Shown here: positions 39,176 through 51,452 of the stretch, piece after piece
Layout: each line of letters starts with the position of its first letter
Numbering within the stretch: position 1 is the stretch's first letter
Assembly (NCBI RefSeq): GCF_026571515.1
Contig: NW_026852143.1
Coordinates: 1-64,000 of the forward strand
Length of the DNA stretch: 64,000 nt
Direction of reading: 5' to 3'
Origin: Ruditapes philippinarum
Taxonomy: Eukaryota
Made by a program: the position numbers and the translations under genes
Notes under the pieces: generated by a model
Database searches by the model: none
Seen by the model: the letters and a program-made list of their open reading frames with translations, nothing else
Told to the model about the DNA's origin: nothing

Positions 39176-42100
39176 ATGGTAGAAGGACCTGGATGCAAAT
39201 TAAAGGGGTTGAAGATAAAAGGCAGACTGAAGGGACAAACAGTGGTGAATGTGAAAGGAAATGCGACGGAGAAGGTGAAGCCCGAATTGATTCAACGTTT
39301 TCCTTCATCAGTTCATTACATCTTCACATTTAGTATTTTAGTGCACTCTGTGTCAAGTAGAAGGTTGATGCAGCAGTTCATATATAAATCGTTGATAGTA
39401 TCAAAATGTAGCACAATTATTGGCACAGTGTTGCGTCTAGAATTTCAAAATGATGGGGAATTGTCCCCCACTCAACTGAATAATGTGGGGAATTTGAAAA
39501 AAATGTGGGGGACAAGCATTTACCAACAATATGATCATTTTAAAATTGTATTTTGTTGTAAAACAAACAGAAAACAACGACTGACTTACTAAAAAAATTC
39601 ATTAATTTAACATTTAGTCATTTTTGCAATCGTCTGCTCAAGAACAGAAATATAAATAAAAAATAAGATATTGGCGAATACTAGTTAAGTGCACAGGTCA
39701 ACTGTCAATGCACACATGAGATGATCCGACCGGCTGCTACTAGCTATTTTGTTTGTATTTTAGTCATTATTAGGAGTGAAAACAAACATGGCAGAAGCGT
39801 TCAAAATACAATTAAGATTAACTAAGTTGAAAAGATCGTTTGGCGCACATTGACTTCATTAAATTGCGCGATCTGCAAAAAATATGCGCGAATTGTGCAA
39901 TCTCGTGGCCTAGATGCAACACTGTTGGCTTAAAATATTAGAAACATACTTTATGTAATGAAAACCTCGGACATAATAATTAATATGTTATTGTATGTCT
40001 CAGTTTAAACACTGCCTTGAATGTACGTACGTATGCAGTGTGTTATGAGGGTCCATCTGCCCGTTAAGGCACAAAAAGCAGCTTTTGCTGTTGAGTACAG
40101 ACCCTGGACATGTCACCAGTCATGCCCTTACAGGCTTCGCGAAACTGCTGAAAAATTTGCCTGACATTCGGTCAGACAAACTTTCAATTCTTGTCTGACC
40201 GAAAGAACTTTTGTCTGACCGAATTTTTTCCCCCAAATATATGTATATGGTAATACCTTGGTGTTTTTTTTTAAAGACATAACAACTTTTAAAGATTTGC
40301 AACACAATTTTATTCCCTTAAATAAAACATTAGTTTATCCAGATTGATGGACTCACAGGCGCTAGTCACATATATTCAAATATTTTACATAACCAGTCTA
40401 TATATGTATATAAAGATATATAGTATATAGCCCATATAAAACTTTAAAAAGTTTGTTTCAAGCACCTGTGGATGGACTCTGTTTGGAAATCAAAACATTC
40501 ATGATCAAAGCAGCCATTTTTCCATTTACCCACAAATTTTCTCGGCGGGCGCCTGGACTCGTATTCCTTTTGTTTCGCTTTTTTTTCTTCATTGGATAGT
40601 TTACGATTTTTGCCGGGCCTAGCGCCAGCGTAATAATGTAGTAACACCGACATTATGGTTATTGAACAGAACAGTTTATTTGAAAATGCTGGGCCTCATA
40701 GAGGCATCAGTCACATATACAATAATATATACATATAGTATGACATATAAAGAGATATCCACGAAATATGCTGATGTATTACATGGCAAATATAAATCAA
40801 AAATGAAAGTGTTACATTATGAAAATAAGCTTAGTTATCAGTTACTTAAATGCTGAAATAATTTTTTTACAGAATACTGCAAGTTTTAACAATATACTCC
40901 TATCTGTGCTATTCATTAACATAGAAAACTTGATTGAATTAACATTTGTACTATACTCTCTAGTAATATATTTTTTTCTATCAGTATTAAAGAATTGACA
41001 ATTAAATAAATAATGATATTCATCACCAAGTGAGCTATTATTGCATAAATTACACACTCTTAATTCTCTTGGTATATTACAAAATCTACCAGACTCAATA
41101 GGCATTTTATGGTTCATACATCTAAAGCGCAATAGTACCAAAGCTAAATGAGATGGTAAAATATCTAAAAACTTTTCAAATCTGAATTCACTTTTGTACA
41201 TTCTATAATTCAGACATTTACTCGATTGTGACATTTCACTATGCCAATTTTGAATGAACTGATCTTTCAGTCTATTTTTAACAATTTTCTTAAACAATGG
41301 AAGAGAAGTGGCAACATTATTAATCCAAAAATTTGATAAACCCAGTGAATCTAGTAATTTACAAACACTATTCATCCATGGGAGTTTCAACACATTTCTA
41401 CAATACAAAGAGTGTGACATATCATACAATATATGGCTTATTGATTCCTGTTTGCTACTTAAAATCTTATTCCAAAAGCACAAAACTCTACTTTTTATAT
41501 GAATAGATAAAGGTAATATCCCTAAATCGCCATAAAGCATACAATTTGGAGTACTTTGTTTTCAAATTTAATATGAGTTTATAAAATTTTAATTGAAATC
41601 TATCAATGATATTCACATTTTCAATTCCCCACACTTGACTTCGCTACCATATAACAATATAGGTGCTACCATGCTATCAAATAAATGAATTTGCATACTG
41701 ATAGGCAAATCCAATTTTCTAGCCTTAACTATAATTGAAAACATAGCCTTCCTTGCCTGTTCTAATAAATGATTCTTTGTTTTAGCAAATTTACCATTAT
41801 AAGAGAACTTAACACCCAGATATGAAAAATCATCAACAATTTCTAGCAAATTACCTTCAAAACTAAAGGCTGGAATATTACATAAACCTCTTTTACTTTT
41901 ACAAAAAACAACAATTTTAGTTTTACTAGGATTAACTTGTAAATGCCATAATTGACAATAATTTGACATTGCATCTAGTGCTTTTTGCAGTTCTTCAGCA
42001 GATTCAGCAAATATGACAGTGTCATCAGCATATAAAAGAATATACAATTTAAAATACATTTCAACATCAGAATCACTCAGGGTATCATTTACAATGTTTG

Positions 42101-45100
42101 ATAGTAGATCCAGACCATTAAAATGTTGTGACAGGAAATAGTTGACAGTCGTATGTATCGGACACTTATAATGAAACGGCGAATCAAAACTCGTTTTACA
42201 TTTTTTTATTCAAGGGAGAAAACTCGGTCTTGATTGGTCTTGGATATATCCCGGTATTCGTACCGGACATAAGGTCCGGAACTCCGGAAAAAAATATCGG
42301 ACCGGCCTGATTTTTGCCGGACATATGACCGACGGTCCGGCAACTTTCGCGAAGCCTGCCCTTAAAGAGTTAATTTTGAAGCACAAAGTGGTGATAAATT
42401 ACCTCCATGCAATTTCCATGGAGTATTAGCCAAAGATAAGAATTTTGAGCCAAAAGCAAGTCACTGTACGGTTGTCAATGAGAACCTAAATGTACAGTAA
42501 CCCGAGACAATAATTTATAAGGGCTGCTGGTGACAAGCGAAGGTCCAGCCTTTCAAGCAGTCTTATCTGAGCTAGGGGCTCATGCACCACACCATCTTCT
42601 GTGAAAATTGTTTTACTAAAGTGGGGATGAATGTTACCATGGTCTATCCTGTCATTAATAACCATTTGTTTAAATTTAAATAATATGGCTACAGAAAATA
42701 TATTTTGACTTTAGGCTTTCCTATAAATTTAAATAATATGGCTACAGAAAATACATTTTGACAGTATTTCTTATGAAATTTTGTGTAAACTAAGAAAATT
42801 ACTTTGATTTCAAATAGCATATTTTAATGTTTATATATTACAGTATAAGAAGAAGGGAACAGATGGGTTATCACCATTTCACCAACTTATCGGCAGATCA
42901 CTTGATGGTGTTCAAACTCTCGGAAAAGAACTCTTCATGTACTTTGGTGATCTATGTCTCCGGTAATGATAAATAATTGATACTTTTTGTTTAAAGCTGC
43001 ACACCTCAAGATGAGCCCAAATATTTCAAGAAATTTAATCTTTTAAAAAATGTATCAAGATCTTAAGAAAAGTTTAAAAGATTCAATAGTTAATTAATTA
43101 TTTACACGTTATGTGCGATTAATTACTGATTTTGCAGTTTCAATCACTATTATTCTACTGCGTTACTAACACAGTAAGAGGTATTTATGTATATTTTGAC
43201 CTCTTAGTACTGAACATGAATTGAAAGTGCTGTTTGCAATGTGAAAGTTACTTTCTTTGCTTACTTCACAATATTTTATTTTAAATACATTTTCTAAATT
43301 TTCATGAAAATTAGCATGAATCTTGAAGCATGCTTCTTTAAAATTTGAATATTTCACATACAAAGTTTTGATAAGAGTGTATTTAAACAAGTATGTCTCG
43401 TGTAAAACAGGGTTCTAGCCAGGAATTTCTATGAGGGTGACTGGTCATATTGTAATAGAATGGTAGTTGAGCTTATATCTTACATAGGTAGTTTGTAAAG
43501 TAGCCTAGATGTTTGGCATTAATGCATATCTTGTATGATTTTAAAATATTTTACAGTTTATTTTATTTTGAATGCTAACTTTAACAGTTTGATTTCAATC
43601 GCAAGCTGTCATTTGAAAACACAAGAGAAGTTTGTATAAAATTGTAATAATAACCATTTTTTGTGTCGCCTCTACAGAGTAGTGGCGACATATAGGGATC
43701 ACTTCTCCGTTGTCTGTCTGTCCGTCCGTCAAAAACTTGTCCGGACTACTCCTCATAAACTACTGGTGCAATTTCATCCAAACTTTACAGGAATGATCAG
43801 TACCAAGTGTAGTTGTGCATATTGTCAGCATTTTCTGGTTCAATGATTTTTGTCAGAGTTATGGCCCTTTAATAATTTTTACTTTTAAAGTTTGTCCGGT
43901 CTACTTCTCGTATACCACTAATGCAATTTCAATGAAACTTTACAGGATTGATCTGTAGCTCAATTCCTTGCGCATATTGCACGGGTTTTCCGGTTGAATG
44001 ATTTTTGGCCGAGTTATGGCCCTTTGATAAAAGGTGTTTTTTTTTCAGTGTGTTGCCAGATACACAAAAGCTTGTCCGGACTACTCCTCATAAACTACTG
44101 GTGCAATTTTATCCAAACTTTACAGGAATGATCAGTACCAAGTCTAGTTGTGCACTGTCCATCTGTCACAAAACTTGTCCCAGCATGAAATTGGCCATCA
44201 TGAGGCGACACATGTGATCACTGATCGCTCTTGTCTTTACACAAAAAGGGTTCAATATGATTTTAATGTAGGCATTTTTAATTTACATGTACATTGATAA
44301 TTACTTCTTAAAGATACTATAAAATGAAATGATTTTTTTCTATAGAAGCTTAAAATTGAAAAGAAAGACAACTCTTTTCTGTTCAAATTGCATAAAATTG
44401 CAAGATTTACCTCCCATGTATTGTTACAATTTTACCATATGTGATTAAATAATTTAATTTTGTATGAATATTGTAGAGTACATTTTCTGATGGCTGGTCA
44501 GTCATTTATCAATAATGAGAAAGTGGATAATGACCTAGGGGGGAATGCGGACACGGCCAGTCTTGAGCTACAGATGTCAAAAGATCTTGTGTTGTTCAAA
44601 AAATCCTCTGTAGATATCAGGTTGGTTTTACATTTTAAATGACAAGATAATTTCTTCTTCTTCCTCTGCAACAGGAAGTCAACACAAATACTTTAAAAGT
44701 ATTAATTCTTATGCAAAACTGACATGTCTTCTTCCTCCTGGCTCAATATGCTATAGAATTTAGAAAGTAACCACAAATACTTTATATATGTAAAAATGAA
44801 CCAAAAAAAACCACCTGAAATAATATAATGAATAGTAAGTTTTTTGGTGTTATTTTGTAAGTTTTTTGTGTTATTTTTCAGAAGTTACTAATAAATGAGC
44901 TGTTATATGATTATATAACTTATACTTAGGTTGTAATTTAAGCAATTTTAGATTCTGACCAAAAAGGACTGTATCTTTGATACTGTGGTATATATTTTTT
45001 TCTAGGTCTTCAGAGGCATGCAAACAGAAGTATGATGAGTTGAATGACCTTGATATATGTTCACCTGTATTTAACTTTCCTCGTGCAGTAGCACTGGTGA

Positions 45101-48100
45101 AGGAACAACAAGATAGACTTGTCTGTGATGTTCTGCTGGATCAATTAATTCTACCAGGTGTCGGCAACATCATAAAAAATGAGGTATTGCCAACATTTAC
45201 AACTTCCTTGTACCTCAACATGGAATATAGGCCTTTATATATTTGTCACTTGCCTCTTAAAGCTGGGGCTTTGGGGACTGCAACCCCTGGAAGGATAATC
45301 CTAACCCTTTGCATGGGCTATGGACTACAGACCTGTTTGATCCAGTTGTTATAGATTATGGCTTCAATCATTAGCAATTGAAACTTTGGATGGATGACTG
45401 CAACCCCACTTAGGATGATTAATTTGTTATGTAAAGGGCCATCTACTTTGTTTACAGAACGCCAGTGGTTCATTTACTATGCCTTTTTGTGCCTGAAATA
45501 ATTGCTAGGAGGAAAAGTGTCTTAGTAACACGAATTCACCTAATAAACAAACAAAAAACATTTTCTGCTAACTGCAGTAGTTTTTATAGAAATTTACATT
45601 TTTTGATGGCGGCTGTGTTAATTTTTGTTAAAGAAATTAATTAGATTAATGCATAAGAACTCTGAAGTGAAATACCATTATAAATTTATAATATTGTATA
45701 AAATGAAAAAGTGTGCATCTTCTTAACTTACTGCATTAGGATGTCACGTCCGGATAAACAAGTTTTATAAACAGAGAAAGATTAAATAATAAAAATTACT
45801 TTCTCAAATTTGAAGAAATTATGTGACTTTAACTAAGTGACAACAACAAATGTAGGTTTTGTTTATGAATTCTATGCTCTATTTATAGGCTCTATTTGAC
45901 AGTGGAATAAAACCTAGTTCAAAGATATCAGAGTTGAAGGATGAACATGTCTCTCATCTTATCAAGATGACCAGAGACTTTACAAATATATTTTACCAGG
46001 TCAGTGACTTTAACATCATCACAATGTTGTATTATATTTCCTGCACCTTCAGGATCAATTGGTTTTGAGGTTCAAATATCAGTAAAGCTGGTGCTAGCAA
46101 TGCGAAATTTATATGTTTCTCATGAACTAAAGCCTAGCTTACAAAACATTTGAAGTTCTACTACTGTTCACGTTTGGACTTCAACTTGTTCAAGTAATGA
46201 ACAAAGGAGCACCTGAGCTCTTCTACCACCAGTAAAGCTGGAAAGTTGCTGTGTAACCTTAACAGTGTGTGTGTGAGTTAAAATCGAGCAAAACTAGCAA
46301 ACACAAAATTATGACATAGAGGTTTATTTGGTATTATGAAATAAACCACGGCTTGGGAGTGTAATAAAGCTATTTAATAAAAACTATATTACACTAGTGT
46401 AATAACACTTTGGCATGACGTCATTTGTGTTACATACAAACATAACGTTAAAGTGTGCTAATGTTAGCGTTACACTATAGGCGCGTCAATTAAAAATGGC
46501 TCTTTTTAATAGTTTAGCGTTCTTATTTATATTATGTGATAAACGGACTATTATATTCATGTAGATTCCTTACTAAATTTATTGAACTCATTAAATAAAC
46601 AATATTATGCTCACCAAAATTAAGTATTAAATCTACACTCATTTGATATCCTCTATATAAACACTAGTGTAATATTTCAGTGTAGAAGAGATGGTAAACC
46701 ACTACATGTACATTATAAGATCTATGGCAAGAAGAGATGTAAGCAATGTGAGGGCAAGGTTACTATATGTCGTCTAGGTAACGACAATGACAGGGTCACC
46801 TACTTCTGTGAGGGTTGTCAGACAAATGATCTCAAAAATAAAACAAGGTGAGTACTAGAATTCATAAAACAACAAAAATTTCTCAGACAGACTCTTCAAA
46901 CAATATCATATACAAATTCAGACTGGGATAAAGCTTGAGTTGACATAGTTTAGTTTACGTTTAGTTGAAACATATTTATTCAAGCTTGATTGTGCTAGTT
47001 TGCTTCCTCGAACTCTGGAACTAACCAGTACTGGTATCATGTGAGAAGTCTTGGTCTTACCATAGTAGGGCTTGAACATGTGCAACCTATATCACTATGG
47101 TTACCCTTAGATCACTAAATAAAGGCAATGCAAAACCTTTGCTATTTGATAAGACTTAATATTAGATAAAACAAGATCTAACATTTAATAGTGATCATTT
47201 GATTATTATGTAAAATAAGAGGAGTAACATTATTTTTAGCTCACCTGTCACAAAGTGACAGGGTGAGCTTTTGTGATCGCTTTTCGTCCGGCGTCCGTCC
47301 GTCCGGCGTCCGTCCGTAAACTTTTGCTTTAAATGACATCTCCTCATAAACCACTGAGCCAATTTCATCCAAACTTCACAGGAATGTTCCTTTGGTGGTC
47401 ACCTTTAAAAATTGTTCAAAGAATTTAATTCCATGCAGAACTCTGGTTGCCATGGCAACCAAAAGAAAAAACTTTAAATATCTTCTTTTAAAAAACCATA
47501 AGAGCTAGAGCTTAGATATTTGGCATGAAACATCTTCTTGTGAGTGTCTACCAAGTTTGTTCAAATAAAAGCCCTGGGGCCAAAATTGGCCCCGCCCCTG
47601 GGGGTCATTTATTTTCCCTATATGCATATAGTAAAAACTTAAAAAATCTTCTTTTAAAGAACCGTAAGAGCTAGAGCTTAGATATTTGGCATGAAACATC
47701 TTCTAGTGAATGTCTACCAAGTTTGTTCAAATAAAAGCCCTGGGGTCAAAATTGGCCCCGACCCAGGGGGTCATTGATTTTCCCTATATGCATATAGTAA
47801 AAACTTAAAAAATCTTCTTTTGAAAAACCCAAAGAGCTAGAGCTAAGATATTAAGCATGAAACATCTTCTAGTGAGTGTCTACCAAGTTTGTTCAAATTA
47901 AAGCCCTGGGGTCAAAATTGGCCCCGCCCCGGGGGTCATTGATTTTCCCTATATGCATATAGTAAAAACTTAAAAAATCTTCTTTTAAAGAACCATAAGA
48001 GCTAGAGCTTAGATATTTGGCATGAAACATCTTCTAGTGAATGTCTACCAAGTTTGTTCAAATTAAAGCCCTGGGGTCAAAATTGACCCCGCCCCAGGGG

Positions 48101-51100
48101 GTCATAGATTTTCCCTATATGCATATAGTAAAAACTTAAAAAATTTTCTTTTAAAGAACCCAAAGAGCTAGAGCTAAGATATTAAGCATGAAACATCTTC
48201 TAGTGAGTGTCTACCAAGTTTGTTCAAATTAAAGCCCTGGCTCAAAATTGGCCCCGCCCCGGGGGTCATTGATTTTCCCTATATGCATATGGTAAAAACT
48301 TAAAAAATCTTCTTTTAAAGAACCCAAAGAGCTAGAGCTAAGATATTTAGCATGAAACATCTTCTAATGAGTGTCTACCAAGTTTGTTCAAATAAAAGCT
48401 TTGGGGTCAAAATTGGCCCGCCCCAGGGGGTCATTGATTTTCCCTATATGCATATAGTAAAAACTTAAAAAATCTTCTTTTAAAGAACTCAAAGAGCTAG
48501 AGCTAAGATATTTAGCATGAAACATGTTCTAATGGGTGTCTACCAAGTATGTTCAAATAAAAGCCCTGGGGTCAAAACTGGCCCCGCCCGGGGGGGGTCA
48601 TTGATTTTCCTTATATGTGTATAGCAAAAACTTAAAAATCTTCTTTGGAAAAACCCAAATAGCTAGAGTTTAGATATTAAGCATGAAACATCTTTAAGTA
48701 AATATCTACAAAGTTTGTTAAAATAAATGCCCGGGGGTCAAAACTGGCCCTGCCCCAGGGGTGACATTGTTTTTAACTATATGTGTATAGTAAAAACTTT
48801 AAAAATCTTCTTTTAAAAAAGCCAATGAGCTAGAACTTAGATGTTTAGCATGAAACATCTTCTTATGGGTGTCTACCAAGTCTGTTCAAATAAACAAATA
48901 AAAGCCCTTGGGTAAAAATTGGCCCGGGGATGGGGGGCCTATATACAGGTGAGCGACCTCAGGGCCATCATGGCCCTCTTGTTCTGTATATGCTTAGATA
49001 TTATTTTCAATTAGTGTTTTAAATTATTTTTTGTCCAATAGGATTGCAGCATTTCAAATGAATTGTAACACATTTACTTTGGTAAATTGGCAAACTGTTA
49101 ATCAGTCTAGTAAATTGACTGTTTATAAAGATAATTTAAAACACTAAGCTGGTTAAAAATTTTAATATGTATTAATTAAATTGGTCTTACATCTGTGCTG
49201 CGCCTGACTAATTTAATTTTGTAAATATGTACTAATAAACTTTAACCTATACTTAAATGTGATATATTTTGCTTGTTTCAGAAAGTTACCTATGAAAGGC
49301 AGTCTTCTAGGTTGGGTTAAGACAGGAAATGAGGCTACTACAACAACAACAACAGTTATAGCAGACTGGTCATGTGACAGTTGTACATTTATCAACAAAT
49401 CCACGTCTACAGCATGTAGTATATGCCTCACTCCGAAACATAAACCACCATCATTATCTGTTGCTCATATTGAAGAGTCTGATGATTGTATGATATTAGA
49501 AGAAAACTGTGAGCCTGTTACTAGTGTTAATGCCAATAGAAAGAAAAGATTGTCAACTGGGAATTTGGATGTAGAACAGCCATTTAAAACCAGAAAACTG
49601 GAACAAAATAGTGTTGATGAGAATAACTCTAGGTCCAAAGTGACAAAGGACCAATCAAAATCAAGTTTACATGCCAAAACACATATTGGACTGAGGGATA
49701 AACTTAACCAATCAAATGGTACCGGACAAGTTAAATCAGAGTCAAACAGCCAATCACAGCCAGTGTCTCATAAGAGTAACAGTGATAGGATTTCCTCATG
49801 TAAAACTCATAAAAGAAAGTGTAGTATGAAAGAAGTGAGGAAAAAGGGAGACAACTTGGGAAGATGGTTCTTCTCGTGTCCAGTTAGAACATGCAATTAC
49901 TTTGAGGTAATTATGTTAAGATGAGGTACTTTTATTAAAGAGTTTATGTATATTATTGCAGTATAATATCTTTGGTTAAATTTTATTTGTTTCTTACATA
50001 TATGTCATATATTACAACTCCCCTTATAGTGTCAGTTTTAGAATGTATTCTTTTGGGTTCGCTTTTTTCAAATATAACTATCTAAAGCTGCAAACAAGAT
50101 TTTGTAGTTATTTTCACAAGAATGATTATGACCGTCTATTATTGATACAGTCATATTGAAAAATAAGTACCACAGGTTTACATGGCAGCTTTGTAAATAT
50201 AGTAGTGTTCTGATGATTTTGAAAGCATGTGTATTAATTATAACAATTTTGTTGGCAAATCAGTTTCAGTGTAAAACTAACAAGATATTTAGTTTTCATC
50301 CACACAGAGTTCATTTACATGATTAAACTATTGATGTTTCATTTGCTAAGCAATTTCATTAGCTGAAGATACCTGTCATTAAAACAATTGTGTTTGTTCA
50401 AAGTTTATTAAAAGGTGCATCTGTCATTTAAGGTACTGAAAGTATAAAATCCAAAAACACAATTGCAATACCTTTGGCCTTTTAATGATTGCCAAGGTAT
50501 TCAAATGAATGTCAATTTGCAGAGGTTACTTCCCTTTATCTGTACAGTACATGAAACTTCATGCAAAATATTTTACTATAAAATCAATAAAGCATTCGTG
50601 ATTCTAAAAAGTGATTTTATAATTGAATGTGATTTAAGTGTTATTCTCAAGCAAACATGAAATATTTGTTCAACCCTTGCCATGCTGAATTTGTGTACTT
50701 GTGAAGTGGTCCTACACTTCTCATAAAGCTATTTAGCATTTCAGTATAATAATTATACAGTTGTAAAGTCGACAATCTAGAGCCAGGTTAGACTGGGGTT
50801 GTGGAAGTTAACTTGACTTGTAAATTGTTAAAATTCACATGTGAAAATCTAAACTGTTAAAAAGAAATTGTTAAATATTAAAGGCCCATCTTGCCCAAGA
50901 AATGCTTTTATTTTCATTTCTCAAAAGCTTTGTATATTTCTTGACCTGTTATATTTTCCAAAAAGTTATACTCATTGGTTAATTACATGTACCTGAACCA
51001 CCTTTTACTTCAGTTGCCTATTGGCAATAAGTACAGTTATAATGACTTAGTATTTTTTATGGAGGTCGAAATACTATTTTGTTTACGTTTCACTACTTGT

Positions 51101-51452
51101 ATAACAAATAATTTCTCATTCAGCACTACTTTCTTCAGGTGATGAGCATCTAACATGCTCTTTAACTATCATTTAAATGTTATAAAACTCATGTTTATCC
51201 CTTACAAATGAAAGAAAAAATATATTCATTTCTGAGGTATAATGGACCTTTAAGTGTATAACATTTTAAATATTTTTGTCTGTATTACAGTGGGCAGATG
51301 AGAAGTTCCCGTTGTGTCCTGGCCATGGTAAACCCTGTACAATACGTATTGTGATGAAGATAGGACCAAATAATGGCAGAAAATTCTTCGCTTGCAAGAT
51401 GCCAAAAAACAAACAGTGCAAGTTCTTTGAATGGGCTGAAGGTTTTGATTAA
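39176..51452 (+). CDS. NEIL3: Endonuclease VIII-like 3 DNA glycosylase, 534 aa. Exons 39176-39274, 42844-42962, 44477-44620, 45006-45183, 45889-45999, 46681-46847, 49282-49906, 51291-51452
   Basis: MVEGPGC N-terminus (Val2), TLGKELFMYF, H2TH LLDQLILPGVGNIIKNEALF, Fpg-type Zn finger, RanBP2-type finger WSCDSCTFIN...CSIC, and two GRF Zn fingers. All introns are GT-AG and in phase (1605 nt total). Confidence 0.96.
39426..39924. mobile_element. MITE with 15-bp TIRs (hAT-like CAG termini) in NEIL3 intron 1
   Basis: CAGTGTTGCGTCTAG ... CTAGATGCAACACTG (14/15 match). Target duplication not clean. Confidence 0.7.
40131..42358. mobile_element. Non-autonomous hAT-like element containing a nested LINE fragment
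   Basis: TIRs CAGGCTTCGCGAAA / TTTCGCGAAGCCTG, flanking (TG)CCCTTA duplication, and subterminal CCGGAC/CTGACC repeats. Confidence 0.75.
40662..42140 (-). mobile_element. 5'-truncated LINE (CR1/L2-group-like) RT fragment
   Basis: LLYADDTVIFAESAEELQKALD, YLGV thumb, C-terminal RVCNLC...GDEYHYLFNC. Frameshifted near 41560-41630. The 3' end has AATAAA followed by (CTGTT)2. Confidence 0.9.
42991..43341. mobile_element. Kolobok-like MITE, copy 2
   Basis: TTAA|AGCTGCACACCTCAAGAT ... ATCTTGAAGCATGCTTCT|TTAA; body homologous to 32075-32430. Confidence 0.75.
43656..44235 (+). mobile_element. Helentron-associated non-autonomous element (HINE/DINE-like) with internal tandem repeats
   Basis: T-run, TGTGTCGCCTC subterminal IR matched by GAGGCGACACA at the 3' end, (GTCT/GTCC)n microsatellite, ~3 repeats of TTGTCCGGACTACTCCTC..., and 3' hairpin GATCACTGATC then CTCTTGT. 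Confidence 0.75.
47233..48983 (+). mobile_element. Helentron-associated non-autonomous element (pearl/CvA-like architecture) in NEIL3 intron 6
   Basis: TTTTTAGCTCACCTG subTIR with adjacent IR, (GTCC)n microsatellite, tandem array, 3' CAGGTGAGC, and hairpin AGGGCCA-TCA-TGGCCCT followed by CTTGTT. Confidence 0.85.
47465..48930 (+). repeat. ~166-bp tandem repeat, ~9 units
   Basis: GAGCTAGAGCT.AGATATT..GCATGAAACATC recurs near 47501, 47667, 47833, 47998, 48164, 48328, 48493, 48658 and 48826. Confidence 0.95.
50878..51253. mobile_element. Possible second Kolobok-like MITE family
   Basis: TTAA|AGGCCCAT ... ATGGACCT|TTAA short imperfect TIRs. Confidence 0.45.

Noticed and set aside
39275-39592. 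Extension of the NEIL3 exon-1 ORF
   Set aside because: Read-through into intron and MITE sequence; homology resumes at 42844.
47465-48930. Regular repeat array as a possible CRISPR
   Set aside because: Whole units repeat with no unique spacers, there are no cas genes, and the context is a eukaryotic intron.
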